64,000 bases of DNA from an uncultured delta proteobacterium (GTDB lineage: Bacteria; Desulfobacterota; Binatia; UBA9968). Each line of letters begins with the position of its first letter. The stretch's first letter is position 1. The stretch lies in NCBI GenBank assembly GCA_963727625.1, contig CAVSHR010000004.1, positions 960,001 to 1,024,000 of the forward strand, written 5' to 3'. Both the position numbers and the translations under genes were made by a program. The notes beneath the pieces were generated by a model. The model made no database searches and was not told the origin of the DNA. It saw only the letters and a list, made by a program, of their open reading frames with translations. Shown here piece by piece: positions 49,493 through 59,167 of this stretch.

Positions 49493-50662
49493 TCACACAG
49501 CGCGCAAGGCCTGAATAATATCCAATCGCGCCGCGCGCACCGCGGGGAGAAACCCGCCGAGCAGTCCCATCAGCAGAGAAAAGCCCAATGACGTGCCGAC
49601 GATCGACGGCGAAAGCGCGAAGGAAAATGCCAATTCAGAGAACGAACCGAAATTAAGCGTCGAGATGGTGAAGAACTGCAACAGCGACGCCAGGCCCAAG
49701 CCGAGCAGCCCGCCGCCCAGCGACAAAACCAAGGACTCGATCATGAATGCCAAAAGCACGCTGCGGCGAAAAAATCCCAGCGCGCGCATCGTGCCGATCT
49801 CGGTGGTCCGGTTGGCCACCGAGCCGTACATGGTGATCATCGCGCCGATGGTCGCCCCGGTGCTGAAGATGACGGTGATAAAGATGCCCAGGATGCGGAT
49901 AAACATTGCCATCATCTCCGACTGCTCCTCGAAAAACTTCTTTTCCCGTTTCGGCACAAAGTATTGCAGGCGGTTGTCGCTGTCGAAGGCCTGTACGACC
50001 TTCGACAGTTCGTCCGGCTGGCGGAGGCGCGCGGTGACGGTCGAAAAGGACGACCGTTTAAAGGCATCCATAATCTGCCGGCTGTCGCCCCAAACTTCGG
50101 AGTCGAAGCCGCTCCCTTCGGTATCGAAGATTCCGACCACCGACCAGTAATCGCCGCCGAATTTGATCTTTTCGCCGATCTGCGCGCCGGCAAATCTTTT
50201 GGTGATGCCGGCGCCGACGATGACTTCGCGCGCGCCCCAGCGAAACATGCGGCCCTGGACGATTCTCACCTGCGGCCGCAACTGGAAGGCCGCCTCTTCC
50301 ACGCCGCGTACGGTCACGTTGCTGATACCTTCGCCGCCGAGCTTCTTCAAGTTGATAATGACGACCACTTCCTTCGAACTCATCGGCCGCCCGTCGGCGA
50401 AGCTGGCGACCTCGGGCAAGCTGGTGATCACCGCGGCATCCTCGCGATCGATGATACTCATGATCTCGCTCGCCGCGGCTTTGCGGGCGACGATGATATT
50501 GTTGTCCGAACCGGTCGCGCGAAGCGTTTTTTGCACCCCGTTGGCCATCATCAAAACAGCGCTGAATACGAACACGACCAGCGCGATGCCGAGCATGGTG
50601 ATCATAGTCGTCAAGCGGCGCGAAGACGAGCTGCGCAGGATGTATTTCAGCGGTATCTGCAT
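49493..50662 (-). CDS. ABC exporter permease (MacB/FtsX-like)
   Basis: R..EIGTMRALGF and GG.LPA.RAAR motifs. Confidence 0.9.
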   Translation of the reverse strand: MQIPLKYILRSSSSRRLTTMITMLGIALVVFVFSAVLMMANGVQKTLRATGSDNNIIVARKAAASEIMSIIDREDAAVITSLPEVASFADGRPMSSKEVVVIINLKKLGGEGISNVTVRGVEEAAFQLRPQVRIVQGRMFRWGAREVIVGAGITKRFAGAQIGEKIKFGGDYWSVVGIFDTEGSGFDSEVWGDSRQIMDAFKRSSFSTVTARLRQPDELSKVVQAFDSDNRLQYFVPKREKKFFEEQSEMMAMFIRILGIFITVIFSTGATIGAMITMYGSVANRTTEIGTMRALGFFRRSVLLAFMIESLVLSLGGGLLGLGLASLLQFFTISTLNFGSFSELAFSFALSPSIVGTSLGFSLLMGLLGGFLPAVRAARLDIIQALRAV

Positions 50663-50686
50663 CACGAAATTCGACCGGACAATGGC

Positions 50687-50776
50687 TCACCGCAGAGGCG
50701 CCAAGGTCGCAGAGATCGGCGGTTTTTTAAATCGAAACAAATTTTTTTCTCCGCGTGCTCCGCGCCTCCGCGGTGA
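50687..50776. repeat. Family B palindromic repeat, copy 3
   Basis: tcaccgcagaggcgccaaggtcgcagag...ctccgcgtgctccgcgcctccgcggtga. Confidence 0.85.
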
Positions 50777-50786
50777 AATCTCTTCG

Positions 50787-51947
50787 TTACCCGACGTAGC
50801 GCAGGCCCTCGACAATATGGGTCGAGAGCACCCGTCGCAGTGGAATGATCGCCGCGATCAGGCCGATCGCCAGGCTCGCCAGGCAACCGATTAGAATCGT
50901 CTCCGGCTTGATGAAGAATATCGGGAACCAGCCTTTGGGCAGCGCGGCGCGAAAAGCCTGCACCGCCGGCACGGTCGCCGCTAACCCGGCAGCGCTCCCC
51001 ATGACGGCAAGCACCAGCGATTCGCCGGCGAGCAGAAAAAAAAGTTTTCCGCCCGAGAAACCGAGCGCTTTGAGGACCGCGAACTCATGGGTGCGCTCGC
51101 GCGCCGACATGATCATCGTGTTGCCGACGACGAGCAGAATGATACCGATGATCACGAAGGACATGACGTTCATCGCCGTAATGACCGCGCTCGCCGACGA
51201 CAGAAAGTTTTGCTGGAATGCCCGCTCGGTTTCCGTCTTGGTTTCCGCCGGCGAATTCTCAAAGAGTTTGTCGATGGCGTCGGACACCGCGGCCGAGTCG
51301 TCGGGATGGGCGATGCGCACGATGTACCAGCCGATATTGCCGGCCCTATCCGGTGCCTCCTGGCGCAGCCGCTCGTCGACATATCTAAAATGAAACATCA
51401 TGATCGAGGGATCGGCGGTCTGGTCCCGCGGTTGGTAGATGCCGCGCACAACAAACTCCCACTGCCCGGGATAAACATCGCCCTCGAGATTCATGATATC
51501 GCCGATTTTAAGATTGTAGCGACGCGCCAGATCGACGCCGATGATCGTCGAATTACGCTCGCGCTTGAACGCCTCGTATTGATCTTTATCGAGCAAGTAC
51601 TCCGGATAGACGTCGAAGAAACTGTCTGAATCCACCGCCAGGCGCGCAAAGAATTGGTTCTTGTCGATGTAAACCCCGGAAAACCAGACGGCGAAAGTGA
51701 CCTTGTCGACCCCCGGCACCTGGGCGATCCGATCGCGATAGGCCAAGGGCAGGGGAAAGACGAATGACACGGCGTGGCGGGTAATCAGACGATTGGCCGC
51801 CGAGGCTTCGACCCCGGCATACCACGCCGTCACGACGGTACGGAGCAGGGCGAAGGCCATGACCGCGACGCCGACACCGACCACGGTCAGCGCGCTGCGC
51901 AGCTTGTGGCGCAGCGTATTGCGCAGGAGTAGCTTCAAAAGTTGCAT
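50787..51947 (-). CDS. ABC exporter permease (MacB/FtsX-like)
   Basis: RN.LR.KLRS.LT and RERT.E.AVLKALGF motifs. Confidence 0.9.
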   Translation of the reverse strand: MQLLKLLLRNTLRHKLRSALTVVGVGVAVMAFALLRTVVTAWYAGVEASAANRLITRHAVSFVFPLPLAYRDRIAQVPGVDKVTFAVWFSGVYIDKNQFFARLAVDSDSFFDVYPEYLLDKDQYEAFKRERNSTIIGVDLARRYNLKIGDIMNLEGDVYPGQWEFVVRGIYQPRDQTADPSIMMFHFRYVDERLRQEAPDRAGNIGWYIVRIAHPDDSAAVSDAIDKLFENSPAETKTETERAFQQNFLSSASAVITAMNVMSFVIIGIILLVVGNTMIMSARERTHEFAVLKALGFSGGKLFFLLAGESLVLAVMGSAAGLAATVPAVQAFRAALPKGWFPIFFIKPETILIGCLASLAIGLIAAIIPLRRVLSTHIVEGLRYVG

Positions 51948-51984
51948 GGATCGGTTCCGCCATGTGGTGCGAAAAATACAATTT

Positions 51985-52113
51985 GCAGCCGGCTCAAAAA
52001 GATCTCAGAGGCGAGGCGCGCGATGGGTCGACGAGCTGAGGCGTACTGCGGCAGTACGTTGAAGCGAGGCGACCGAGTGCAACGAAGCATATGAGTCTTT
52101 TTCAGCAGGCGGC
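51985..52113. repeat. ~130-bp MITE-like element, family G
   Basis: Terminal inverted repeats gcagccggctcaaaaaga / tctttttcagcaggcggc; central palindrome cgtactgc-g-gcagtacg. Confidence 0.75.
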
Positions 52114-52788
52114 TTACGCCAGCTCGCCCTTCTCCAGATGACGGCTCGAGCGCGCCCGTTCGGCGGCGCGCGGATCGTGAGTCACCATGAGAATCGTTTT
52201 ATGGAGCTCGCGATTGAGCCGCTCCATCAAGTCAAGCACCTCTTCGGCCGATACCTTGTCCAAATCCCCGGTCGGTTCGTCGGCGACGATGATGGTCGGG
52301 TCGGTGGCAATGGCCCGCGCGATGGCGACGCGCTGCTCCTGGCCGCCGGAGAGCTGGCGCGGATAGTGATGCAACCGATCGGCCAAGCCGACGACGCGCA
52401 GCGCCGTCTCGGCGTGGGTTTGCCGCTCCTTTTTCGACAACGGCGTCAAGATCAACGGCAGCTCGACGTTTTCGAGGGCCGTCAGGACCGGGATCAAATT
52501 GTAAAATTGAAAGATGAAGCCGACGTTGCGCGAGCGCCAGACCGCCAGCTCAGTTTCGTTGAGCTCGGTGACGTCGACTCCGCCGATCAGGATCTTCCCC
52601 GAGGTCGGCTTGTCGATGCCGGCGATGAGATTGAGCAGCGTCGTCTTGCCCGAACCGGACGGCCCCATGAACGCGATAAATTCGCCTTCGCTGATTTCCA
52701 GATTGATATTGTGCAGAACCGGAATTTCCAGACTGTCGCGGTGGTACGATTTATACAGATCCTGCACTTGAATAAGCGGCGCGTCCAT
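52114..52788 (-). CDS. ABC exporter ATP-binding protein
   Basis: [22 protein letters not shown] and VTHD motifs. Confidence 0.95.
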   Translation of the reverse strand: MDAPLIQVQDLYKSYHRDSLEIPVLHNINLEISEGEFIAFMGPSGSGKTTLLNLIAGIDKPTSGKILIGGVDVTELNETELAVWRSRNVGFIFQFYNLIPVLTALENVELPLILTPLSKKERQTHAETALRVVGLADRLHHYPRQLSGGQEQRVAIARAIATDPTIIVADEPTGDLDKVSAEEVLDLMERLNRELHKTILMVTHDPRAAERARSSRHLEKGELA

Positions 52789-52800
52789 CGTCGGAATAAT

Positions 52801-53997
52801 TCAACCGCCCTTTTGCTTCACTTTTGCGCCGGCTTTGATCTGTTCGTCGGCTTTGCTGATGACTTTATCGCCGTCCTTGAGCCCCTCTTTGATCTCGACC
52901 AGGCTGCCGAGCTTGCGTCCCACGGCAACGGGAATTTCCACGGCGCGATCATCCTTGATTTGAAAAACCACCTGCCGGCCGCCGCGCTCGGCGACCGCGG
53001 CTGCCGGCACGGTCAAGATCGGCGCGCGGTCGGCCTCGTTCAAACTCGCGCCGGCGGCTAGAAAAGTGATTTTCGCGCTCATCTCCGGCAGCACCCGTTG
53101 GTCGTATTCTTTGAATTTGATTTTGACTAACACGGTTGCCTTAGCGCGATCCGCCGTCGGCACGATGTTCGCGACGTAGCCGGGGTAGCGCTGTCGCGGA
53201 TAGGCGTCCAGCGCGATCTCGCAACCTTGGTCCCGGCTCACCTTGGTGATATTGGCTTCGGAAACATCGGCGTCGACTTCCAGCGAGGTCATGTCGGCGA
53301 TGGTCACGACTGCCGCCCTCGAGCTCGCCGCGCCCGCCAGCGGCGCGACGATCTCGCCCACATCGGCGTTCTTCTTCAACACGGTGCCGTTAAAAGGCGC
53401 GATGATACGCGTGTTGTCGACCGCCACGTCGGCTTCGCGCACGGCAAACTTTGCCGCTTCAATGGTCGCCGTGACCCGTTTATAGCGCGCCTCGGCGATG
53501 TCGTATTCCGCCTGGGCAATCACCCCTTGCTTCAGCAAGATGCGCATGCGTTCGAGATTTTGCTTGGCGTCGTAGAGGTCGGCTTCGGACACGCGCAAGT
53601 TCTGGCGCGCCCGGTCGCGCGCCGCGATGACGTCGGCATCTTCAAGGCGCGCGATCACCTGCCCCTTCTTGACCGGATCACCTTCCTCCACGCCAAGAAA
53701 CACCAGTCTTCCGGTGCCCTTGGACGCCACCGCGGCCTTGCGCCGCGCAACCACGTAACCGCTGGCGGTCAAAACCGCATTGGCCTGCGACGGCGAGGTC
53801 AGCGACGCTGTGGCCAACTGCACTTCGACGCCGGGACTGAACCAATCTTTGAAAAAGATGAAAAGCGCAACGAACAGCGCGACCGCCGCCAACCAACCGA
53901 TGAGTTTGCCAAACCCTCGGGTTTTTTTTGGCGCGGTTGGACCTTGCGACGAACGGTCAATCCTCAAAGTCGATAGATCCGCGTCTTTGGTTGCCAT
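52801..53997 (-). CDS. Efflux periplasmic adaptor (MacA/HlyD-like)
   Basis: N-terminal TM helix, ASGYVVARRKA, VEEGD.V.KG and I.APF.G motifs. Confidence 0.92.
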   Translation of the reverse strand: MATKDADLSTLRIDRSSQGPTAPKKTRGFGKLIGWLAAVALFVALFIFFKDWFSPGVEVQLATASLTSPSQANAVLTASGYVVARRKAAVASKGTGRLVFLGVEEGDPVKKGQVIARLEDADVIAARDRARQNLRVSEADLYDAKQNLERMRILLKQGVIAQAEYDIAEARYKRVTATIEAAKFAVREADVAVDNTRIIAPFNGTVLKKNADVGEIVAPLAGAASSRAAVVTIADMTSLEVDADVSEANITKVSRDQGCEIALDAYPRQRYPGYVANIVPTADRAKATVLVKIKFKEYDQRVLPEMSAKITFLAAGASLNEADRAPILTVPAAAVAERGGRQVVFQIKDDRAVEIPVAVGRKLGSLVEIKEGLKDGDKVISKADEQIKAGAKVKQKGG

Positions 53998-54065
53998 AAA
54001 TTTAACAAGAGTACGGGGAATTTCGGGTTTTTCAAGACGAATCGGAAATGTTAGTTTTAGCGTTG

Positions 54066-54818
54066 ATGGGCGCGACAACGACGTGGAATCCGGAAAGTTA
54101 TGCGCGGAACGCCCGCTTCGTATCCGACCTCGGCGAACCCCTGTTGGAACTGCTTGCCGTTATCCCCGGGGAAACCATTTTGGACCTCGGCTGCGGCGAC
54201 GGCGCGCTCACCGAAAAACTTACCGCCGCGGGCGCCGCGGTGATCGCCGTCGATTCGAGCTTGGCGCAAGTTGTGGCTGCGCGCCGGCGCGGCTTGATCG
54301 CGCTGGTCATGGACGGCCAAGCGCTGAGTTTCCAACGGCACTTCGACGCGGTTTTCACCAATGCCGTGCTGCATTGGCTCAAGCGCCCGGAAAAAGTTCT
54401 CGAAGGCGTAACCGCATGTCTGAAGCCTGGCGGCCGATTCGTCGGCGAGTTCGGCGGCAGAGGCAATGTCGAGACGATTCGCGTTACGCTGCATGCTGGA
54501 TTATCCAAACGCGGCATCGATCCGTGGAAGGTCGATCCCTGGTACTACCCAGCCGCCGGCGAGTATTCGGCCCTGCTCGAAGAGTTCGGCTTTACGGTGG
54601 AATACATCGAGCTCATCCCACGCGCGACGAAACTTCCCGGCGATATTCACGGCTGGCTGGAAGTCTTCGCTCAGTCGTTTACCAAAGCGCTACCCGAATC
54701 CGATCGCGAAAAATATCTCGAAGAAGTTCGGGACGAATTGCAGCCAAAGCTCCGTGATGCCGATGGCGCTTGGTGCGCCGACTACGTTCGCCTGCGATTC
54801 AGAGCACGGCGGCGCTGA
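54066..54818 (+). CDS. Class I SAM methyltransferase (Tam-like)
   Basis: ILDLGCGDG, FDAVF.NA.LHW and ADYVRLRF motifs. Confidence 0.9.
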   Translation: MGATTTWNPESYARNARFVSDLGEPLLELLAVIPGETILDLGCGDGALTEKLTAAGAAVIAVDSSLAQVVAARRRGLIALVMDGQALSFQRHFDAVFTNAVLHWLKRPEKVLEGVTACLKPGGRFVGEFGGRGNVETIRVTLHAGLSKRGIDPWKVDPWYYPAAGEYSALLEEFGFTVEYIELIPRATKLPGDIHGWLEVFAQSFTKALPESDREKYLEEVRDELQPKLRDADGAWCADYVRLRFRARRR

Positions 54819-54854
54819 AACTTCTCCGGCTGACGGTCTTGCGGGCAGTATCGC

Positions 54855-54890
54855 TTTGAACGTTTTGAACGGCTTGAGCTTTTTGAACCA
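54855..54890. repeat. Family A 9-bp-period repeat
   Basis: tttgaacgttttgaacggcttgagctttttgaac. Confidence 0.8.
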
Positions 54891-54893
54891 TGG

Positions 54894-55655
54894 TCAAATC
54901 TTAAATCCGCCGTACACCACGGTCGTGGCAAACTTCCAAAAACAGTCCACGTCCTCGAAACCCGCTTCCTTGAGCCAGGCCAGTTCCTCTTCAAGATAAC
55001 CGTTGTCGTGCGGCCCGTGGTAGGTGCTCGGCGACGCCGCGCGAACCTCGGCCAGGTTGGTTTTGCCCTCGCTCGAACGGCGCACGAAGCGGTCGAGATA
55101 TTCGTCCCGCGCGCTTCGATAGCGCTGGCCGAGCGATTTCGTCCCGGCCCGCACGTTGTCGGCGTTGATGAAACAGCCGCCCGGCCGAACCAGAGAAAAC
55201 GCTTCTTTGAAAATGAAACGGCGCCGCTGATTCTCGGTAAAATGATGCAACGCGCGCGACGAGATCACGGCGTCGAAGGTTCCCTCCACCGAGCTAAGCC
55301 AATCCGCCGTGGCGAGCGATCCCCGCACGAAGCGAATGCGCCCACGAAAAGCCGCGCCGCGCTCGCGGCCAAGCGTGAGCATAGCTTCCGAAGCATCCAG
55401 GCAAACCGCGGAGGCGTTCGGGCGGTCGCTTAGAACCGCCATGGCCAAGGCGCCGTAGCCGGCGCCGATATCGAGGATGCGCATGGGCGCATCGATCGGC
55501 TGAGGGATCATGCGCAGGACCATCGCCGTCTGCGCCCCGCGGATCGGTGCTTGCCAGCCGCCCTTGGCCGCCCATTGCTCGATAAATCCGCGGCTGCCCC
55601 AGGTGTTCTGCCATGAAGTGTCGGTTGACGCTGTCTCCGGCTTGATCTCCGCCAT
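54894..55655 (-). CDS. Class I SAM methyltransferase (CmoA-like)
   Basis: ILDIGAGYG, FDAVISS.ALHH and L.WL.EAGF..VDCFWK motifs. Confidence 0.88.
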   Translation of the reverse strand: MAEIKPETASTDTSWQNTWGSRGFIEQWAAKGGWQAPIRGAQTAMVLRMIPQPIDAPMRILDIGAGYGALAMAVLSDRPNASAVCLDASEAMLTLGRERGAAFRGRIRFVRGSLATADWLSSVEGTFDAVISSRALHHFTENQRRRFIFKEAFSLVRPGGCFINADNVRAGTKSLGQRYRSARDEYLDRFVRRSSEGKTNLAEVRAASPSTYHGPHDNGYLEEELAWLKEAGFEDVDCFWKFATTVVYGGFKI

Positions 55656-55799
55656 ATCACCCCCGATAAAATAATATTTTCATAGCTAGCCCAGGGTCAT
55701 GGGGCTGTCAACGAAGCGACTGCACGGCGGCCGCCAACGGCTTGAAAGACCGCGTCGATTGCTGGTAAGCGGGTAACACCCTTTACCCTCGGAGGTTTC

Positions 55800-56129
55800 A
55801 TGCTATTTTGCAGGCTCTATACCGGCCCGGACGGCAAATCGCACTTTGAAGATTTTGACCAGAGCCAGAGGTCGGCACATTTCCTCACCGCCCTCCCGGC
55901 CCGGGCGTTGGTTTTCAAAAACGATGTGAACCGCGACGACCTGCACGGCTTTCACAACGCGCCGCGGCGCCAGTGGTGCATCACCCTGTCGGGTTCGGTC
56001 GACATCGGCCTCGGCGACGGCGCGGTAAAAACCTTCGGCCCGGGGGATGTCTTTCTCGCCGAAGACGTCACTGGCCAAGGCCACACCGCGTTGCCGAAAA
56101 ATTGGCTGCGGGCGTTTGTTCATGTCTGA
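55800..56129 (+). CDS. Small cupin-domain protein
   Basis: YTG.DG.SHF, HNAPRRQ and AED.TG.GH motifs. Confidence 0.85.
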   Translation: MLFCRLYTGPDGKSHFEDFDQSQRSAHFLTALPARALVFKNDVNRDDLHGFHNAPRRQWCITLSGSVDIGLGDGAVKTFGPGDVFLAEDVTGQGHTALPKNWLRAFVHV

Positions 56130-56180
56130 GTCGTGCGCGTGAAACGCCACCGCCTATCGCCTTTCGCTCTCTACAGAACG

Positions 56181-56987
56181 CTAACCTCTCAAAAAATCGC
56201 GAATCACCCGGTGCGCAGCCTCGGGATCGCTCGCGAAGTAGTTGTGCTTTTGCTTCGGGAGGATAACAAACTTCGAGTTGGGAATTCCCTTGGCGAGAAT
56301 ATCCGAGGACCTGCGATGGGTCATAACAACGTTAGGGTCGCCTTCGAGCTCACCGACCATCACCAACGTCAGCACGCAAATGTCTTTCAACCGCGCGCTG
56401 GTATCGTGGCTCTGACGCGACAGCACATGGCGCAAATAAAATTCCACCGGGCAAAGATTGTCTAGCCGCGCCGCGAAGAAAGCTTCCAGGCGAGCGGGAT
56501 GATTTTTTACGAACTCATCGGTGAAACCGACCTGGAGGGTGTGTTCCCTGACGTATTTTTCGTAGCCCCACTCGATCATCTCTTTGCATAGGGTCAGCGG
56601 CAAGCCGGCGCCGCCGGGGAAGGAAGCGCCGGTGGAAGCGAGAATTAGCCTCCTGACGCGCTTCGGATATTCCAAAGCGAGCAATTGCGCCACTCGCCCG
56701 CCCATGGAATGACCCAATACGATCGCCTCATTGACGTTGAGATGATCCAGCACCGAAACAGCATCATCGCAGAACATCCGCGTGGTGTAATCCACCGATG
56801 GCTTGCTCGACCGTCCGGTGCCGCGGTAGTCATGGATGATCACTCGATGGTCCTTGGCGAATTCGGGCACCTGAAAGAGCTTCCAGATCTGGCCGTCGCA
56901 GGCGGTCTCACTGAAAAAAACAAACGGCTGCCCTTCGCCGTGAGTTTCGTAATAAATTTCCACGCCGTCTCTTTCTAAAGTCGCCAT
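56181..56987 (-). CDS. Alpha/beta hydrolase
   Basis: D.RGTGRS and GHSMGG nucleophile elbow; C-terminal H. Confidence 0.9.
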   Translation of the reverse strand: MATLERDGVEIYYETHGEGQPFVFFSETACDGQIWKLFQVPEFAKDHRVIIHDYRGTGRSSKPSVDYTTRMFCDDAVSVLDHLNVNEAIVLGHSMGGRVAQLLALEYPKRVRRLILASTGASFPGGAGLPLTLCKEMIEWGYEKYVREHTLQVGFTDEFVKNHPARLEAFFAARLDNLCPVEFYLRHVLSRQSHDTSARLKDICVLTLVMVGELEGDPNVVMTHRRSSDILAKGIPNSKFVILPKQKHNYFASDPEAAHRVIRDFLRG

Positions 56988-57173
56988 TCAGCGCCCTCCT
57001 CGCCCACCGTCACTAGATAATGGAAGTCGGCGCATAGGACAAGGCGATACCCTCGCTCCCTACCGCGGCGCAGGATTTTGAAAATGTGCCGCCGATAGCT
57101 TGACGCCTCACCCGCTTTTCGCATAACGTTTTTTGCATCGATCGCCGATTCATTTTTATTGGGAGGATTGCCA

Positions 57174-58187
57174 ATGCCCTATCACCCCATCGCGAGATAT
57201 CTCACGATCTGCACGATCGTCATCTTACTCTCGACCGCGCCGAGCGTCGCCGCCGACAAATTACGAGTCGGCTTGAGCTCGATCAGCGCCACCTCCGGAT
57301 CGATCTGGGTCGCTGAGGAGAAAGGTATTTTCAAGAAGCATGGCCTCGACGCCGAGGTGATTATCATCGGCGGCGGCGCTGCGCGCGTCGTCAGCTCGTT
57401 GATCGCCGGCGAAATCCAGTTTTCCGTCGGCGGCGGCGACGCGGTCATTCGCTCGCACTTAAAAGGCGCCGACACGGTGCTGGTTGCCTCGCCGTTAAAA
57501 ACCGGCTTGCAGCGCATGCTGGTCAAGCCGGAGATCAAAACCCCCGCCGACCTCAAGGGCAAAACAATCGGCGTCACCCGGTTCGGCTCGGCGTCGCACT
57601 GGGTGCTGCAATTATTCTTGCGCAAGTGGGGCATGCGCACCGATGACATCCAGATGCTTCAGCTTGGCTCCTCGCCCGCGATGCTCGCGAGCCTCGACAA
57701 AGGCGCCATCGACGGCGCGGTGTTTACCATTCCGACCTATTTCCTCGCCGAAGAGCGCGGCTACCGCACCCTCGCCGATCCCGCGGACATGGATATTTAC
57801 TATTTACAGAACTCGGTGGACAGCACGCGCGGCTACATCAAGCGCAACCGCGATGTCGCCCTGCGTTTCGTCAAATCTCTTTGCGAAGGGATCGCGTATT
57901 TTCGCATGCACAAAAAGGAAAGCCTAGCCGTACTCCAGAAGAAACTGCGCATCCAGTCGGCTCAGGAGCGCGATGTCAAATACCTGGAGCTTTCCTATAA
58001 CCTCTTAGCCGACAAATTTTACAATCAAGTACCCTACGCCAATCCCAAGGCGATCGAGACCACCCTCGATTTCATTTCCTCCGAGGAGCCCAAGGCCCGG
58101 GGCGCCGACCCCAAGCAGTTCGTCGACGAGAGCCTAGTGCGGGAAATCGAAGCCAGCGGCTTCATCAAAGCGCTGTACAAAAATTAA
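57174..58187 (+). CDS. NMT1/THI5-like substrate-binding protein
   Basis: Signal peptide, G.FKKHGLD.E and DLKGK.IGVTRFGS motifs. Confidence 0.88.
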   Translation: MPYHPIARYLTICTIVILLSTAPSVAADKLRVGLSSISATSGSIWVAEEKGIFKKHGLDAEVIIIGGGAARVVSSLIAGEIQFSVGGGDAVIRSHLKGADTVLVASPLKTGLQRMLVKPEIKTPADLKGKTIGVTRFGSASHWVLQLFLRKWGMRTDDIQMLQLGSSPAMLASLDKGAIDGAVFTIPTYFLAEERGYRTLADPADMDIYYLQNSVDSTRGYIKRNRDVALRFVKSLCEGIAYFRMHKKESLAVLQKKLRIQSAQERDVKYLELSYNLLADKFYNQVPYANPKAIETTLDFISSEEPKARGADPKQFVDESLVREIEASGFIKALYKN

Positions 58188-58199
58188 CCGGGAGCTTGC

Positions 58200-59078
58200 A
58201 TGGCCGATTACAAAGAAATTCTTTACGACAAACAGCGCGGCGGGGTGCTGATCACGCTCAACCGTCCCGAAGCGCTCAACGCGATCACCCGGCCGATGTT
58301 GAAAGAGATTCACCATGCGCTGAACGAAGCCGAGGCCGACCCGGAAATCCGCGCCATCGTCTTGACCGGCGCGGGGCGCGCCTTCAGCTCGGGATTCGAT
58401 CAAGCGACCACCTCCGGCCGACGTAGAGACATCCAATGGCCCTACGGCATCCAGACCGGGATGAGCGCCGCCGATCTGATGAATTATTGGAGCGCCGACG
58501 ATGTCAAGCTGATCCGCGTGTTTGAAATGACCAAGCCGGTCATCGGCGCGGTCAGAGGTTGGGCGATGGGCGGCGGCTGTTGGCTCGCGCTCTACACCCA
58601 TATTACGATCGCAGCGGAGGACGCGGTGTTCGCCCAGCCGGAGGTGCGCCACGGTTCCAACACGACTTTCATGTGGACTCTGCTTGCCGGGTTCAAAAAC
58701 GCCCTGCGCTACGGCCTGGTCGGCGATCACATCGACGCCCGGGAAGCGCTGCGCATCGGCTTGGTCAATAAAGTGGTCCCCGCCGAACAACTCGTCGAAG
58801 AGTGTTTCAAAATCGTCGAGCGCATCAGCCAGGTGCCGCCGGAGACCGTCAAAATCAATCTGCAGATCTCGACCATGGGCTTGCAGATGATGGGGCTGCG
58901 CGATGCCCTGCGCATGGATGAAACTCTCTCGATTCCCGCGCACATGATGCTCAACGAAGAGTTCCGCCGCCCGCTCGATGAAGCGCGCGCCACCCAAGGC
59001 ACCAAAGCCTATCTGCAAATGCGCGACGGCCCGTTCCAGCCCGAACCGTTCGGACCGAGGGCGCGGAAAAAGCCGTGA
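58200..59078 (+). CDS. Enoyl-CoA hydratase/isomerase (crotonase) family, paralog 1
   Basis: ITLNRPE..NA, AFSSG.D, KPVI.AV.G.AMGGG and F.QPE motifs. Confidence 0.9.
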   Translation: MADYKEILYDKQRGGVLITLNRPEALNAITRPMLKEIHHALNEAEADPEIRAIVLTGAGRAFSSGFDQATTSGRRRDIQWPYGIQTGMSAADLMNYWSADDVKLIRVFEMTKPVIGAVRGWAMGGGCWLALYTHITIAAEDAVFAQPEVRHGSNTTFMWTLLAGFKNALRYGLVGDHIDAREALRIGLVNKVVPAEQLVEECFKIVERISQVPPETVKINLQISTMGLQMMGLRDALRMDETLSIPAHMMLNEEFRRPLDEARATQGTKAYLQMRDGPFQPEPFGPRARKKP

Positions 59079-59100
59079 GGCGCGCGGCTTGAGGCAACAG
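59076..59100 (+). repeat. 7-bp-period GAGGC repeat, family D (second copy 62341..62365)
   Basis: tgaggcgcgcggcttgaggcaacag vs tgaggcgcgaggcttgaggcaacag (24/25). Confidence 0.8.
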
Positions 59101-59167
59101 GAATACAACGGAGACAGTCCGAGTTTTTATTCATCGATGACTTCAGCACTCCAATTAGAACGTAACG

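Noticed and set aside
49105-49496. Small ORFs between cytochrome c' and the ABC permease (His-rich 85 aa; 75 aa)
   Set aside because: They overlap a family A repeat, lack a convincing RBS and match no family I recognise.
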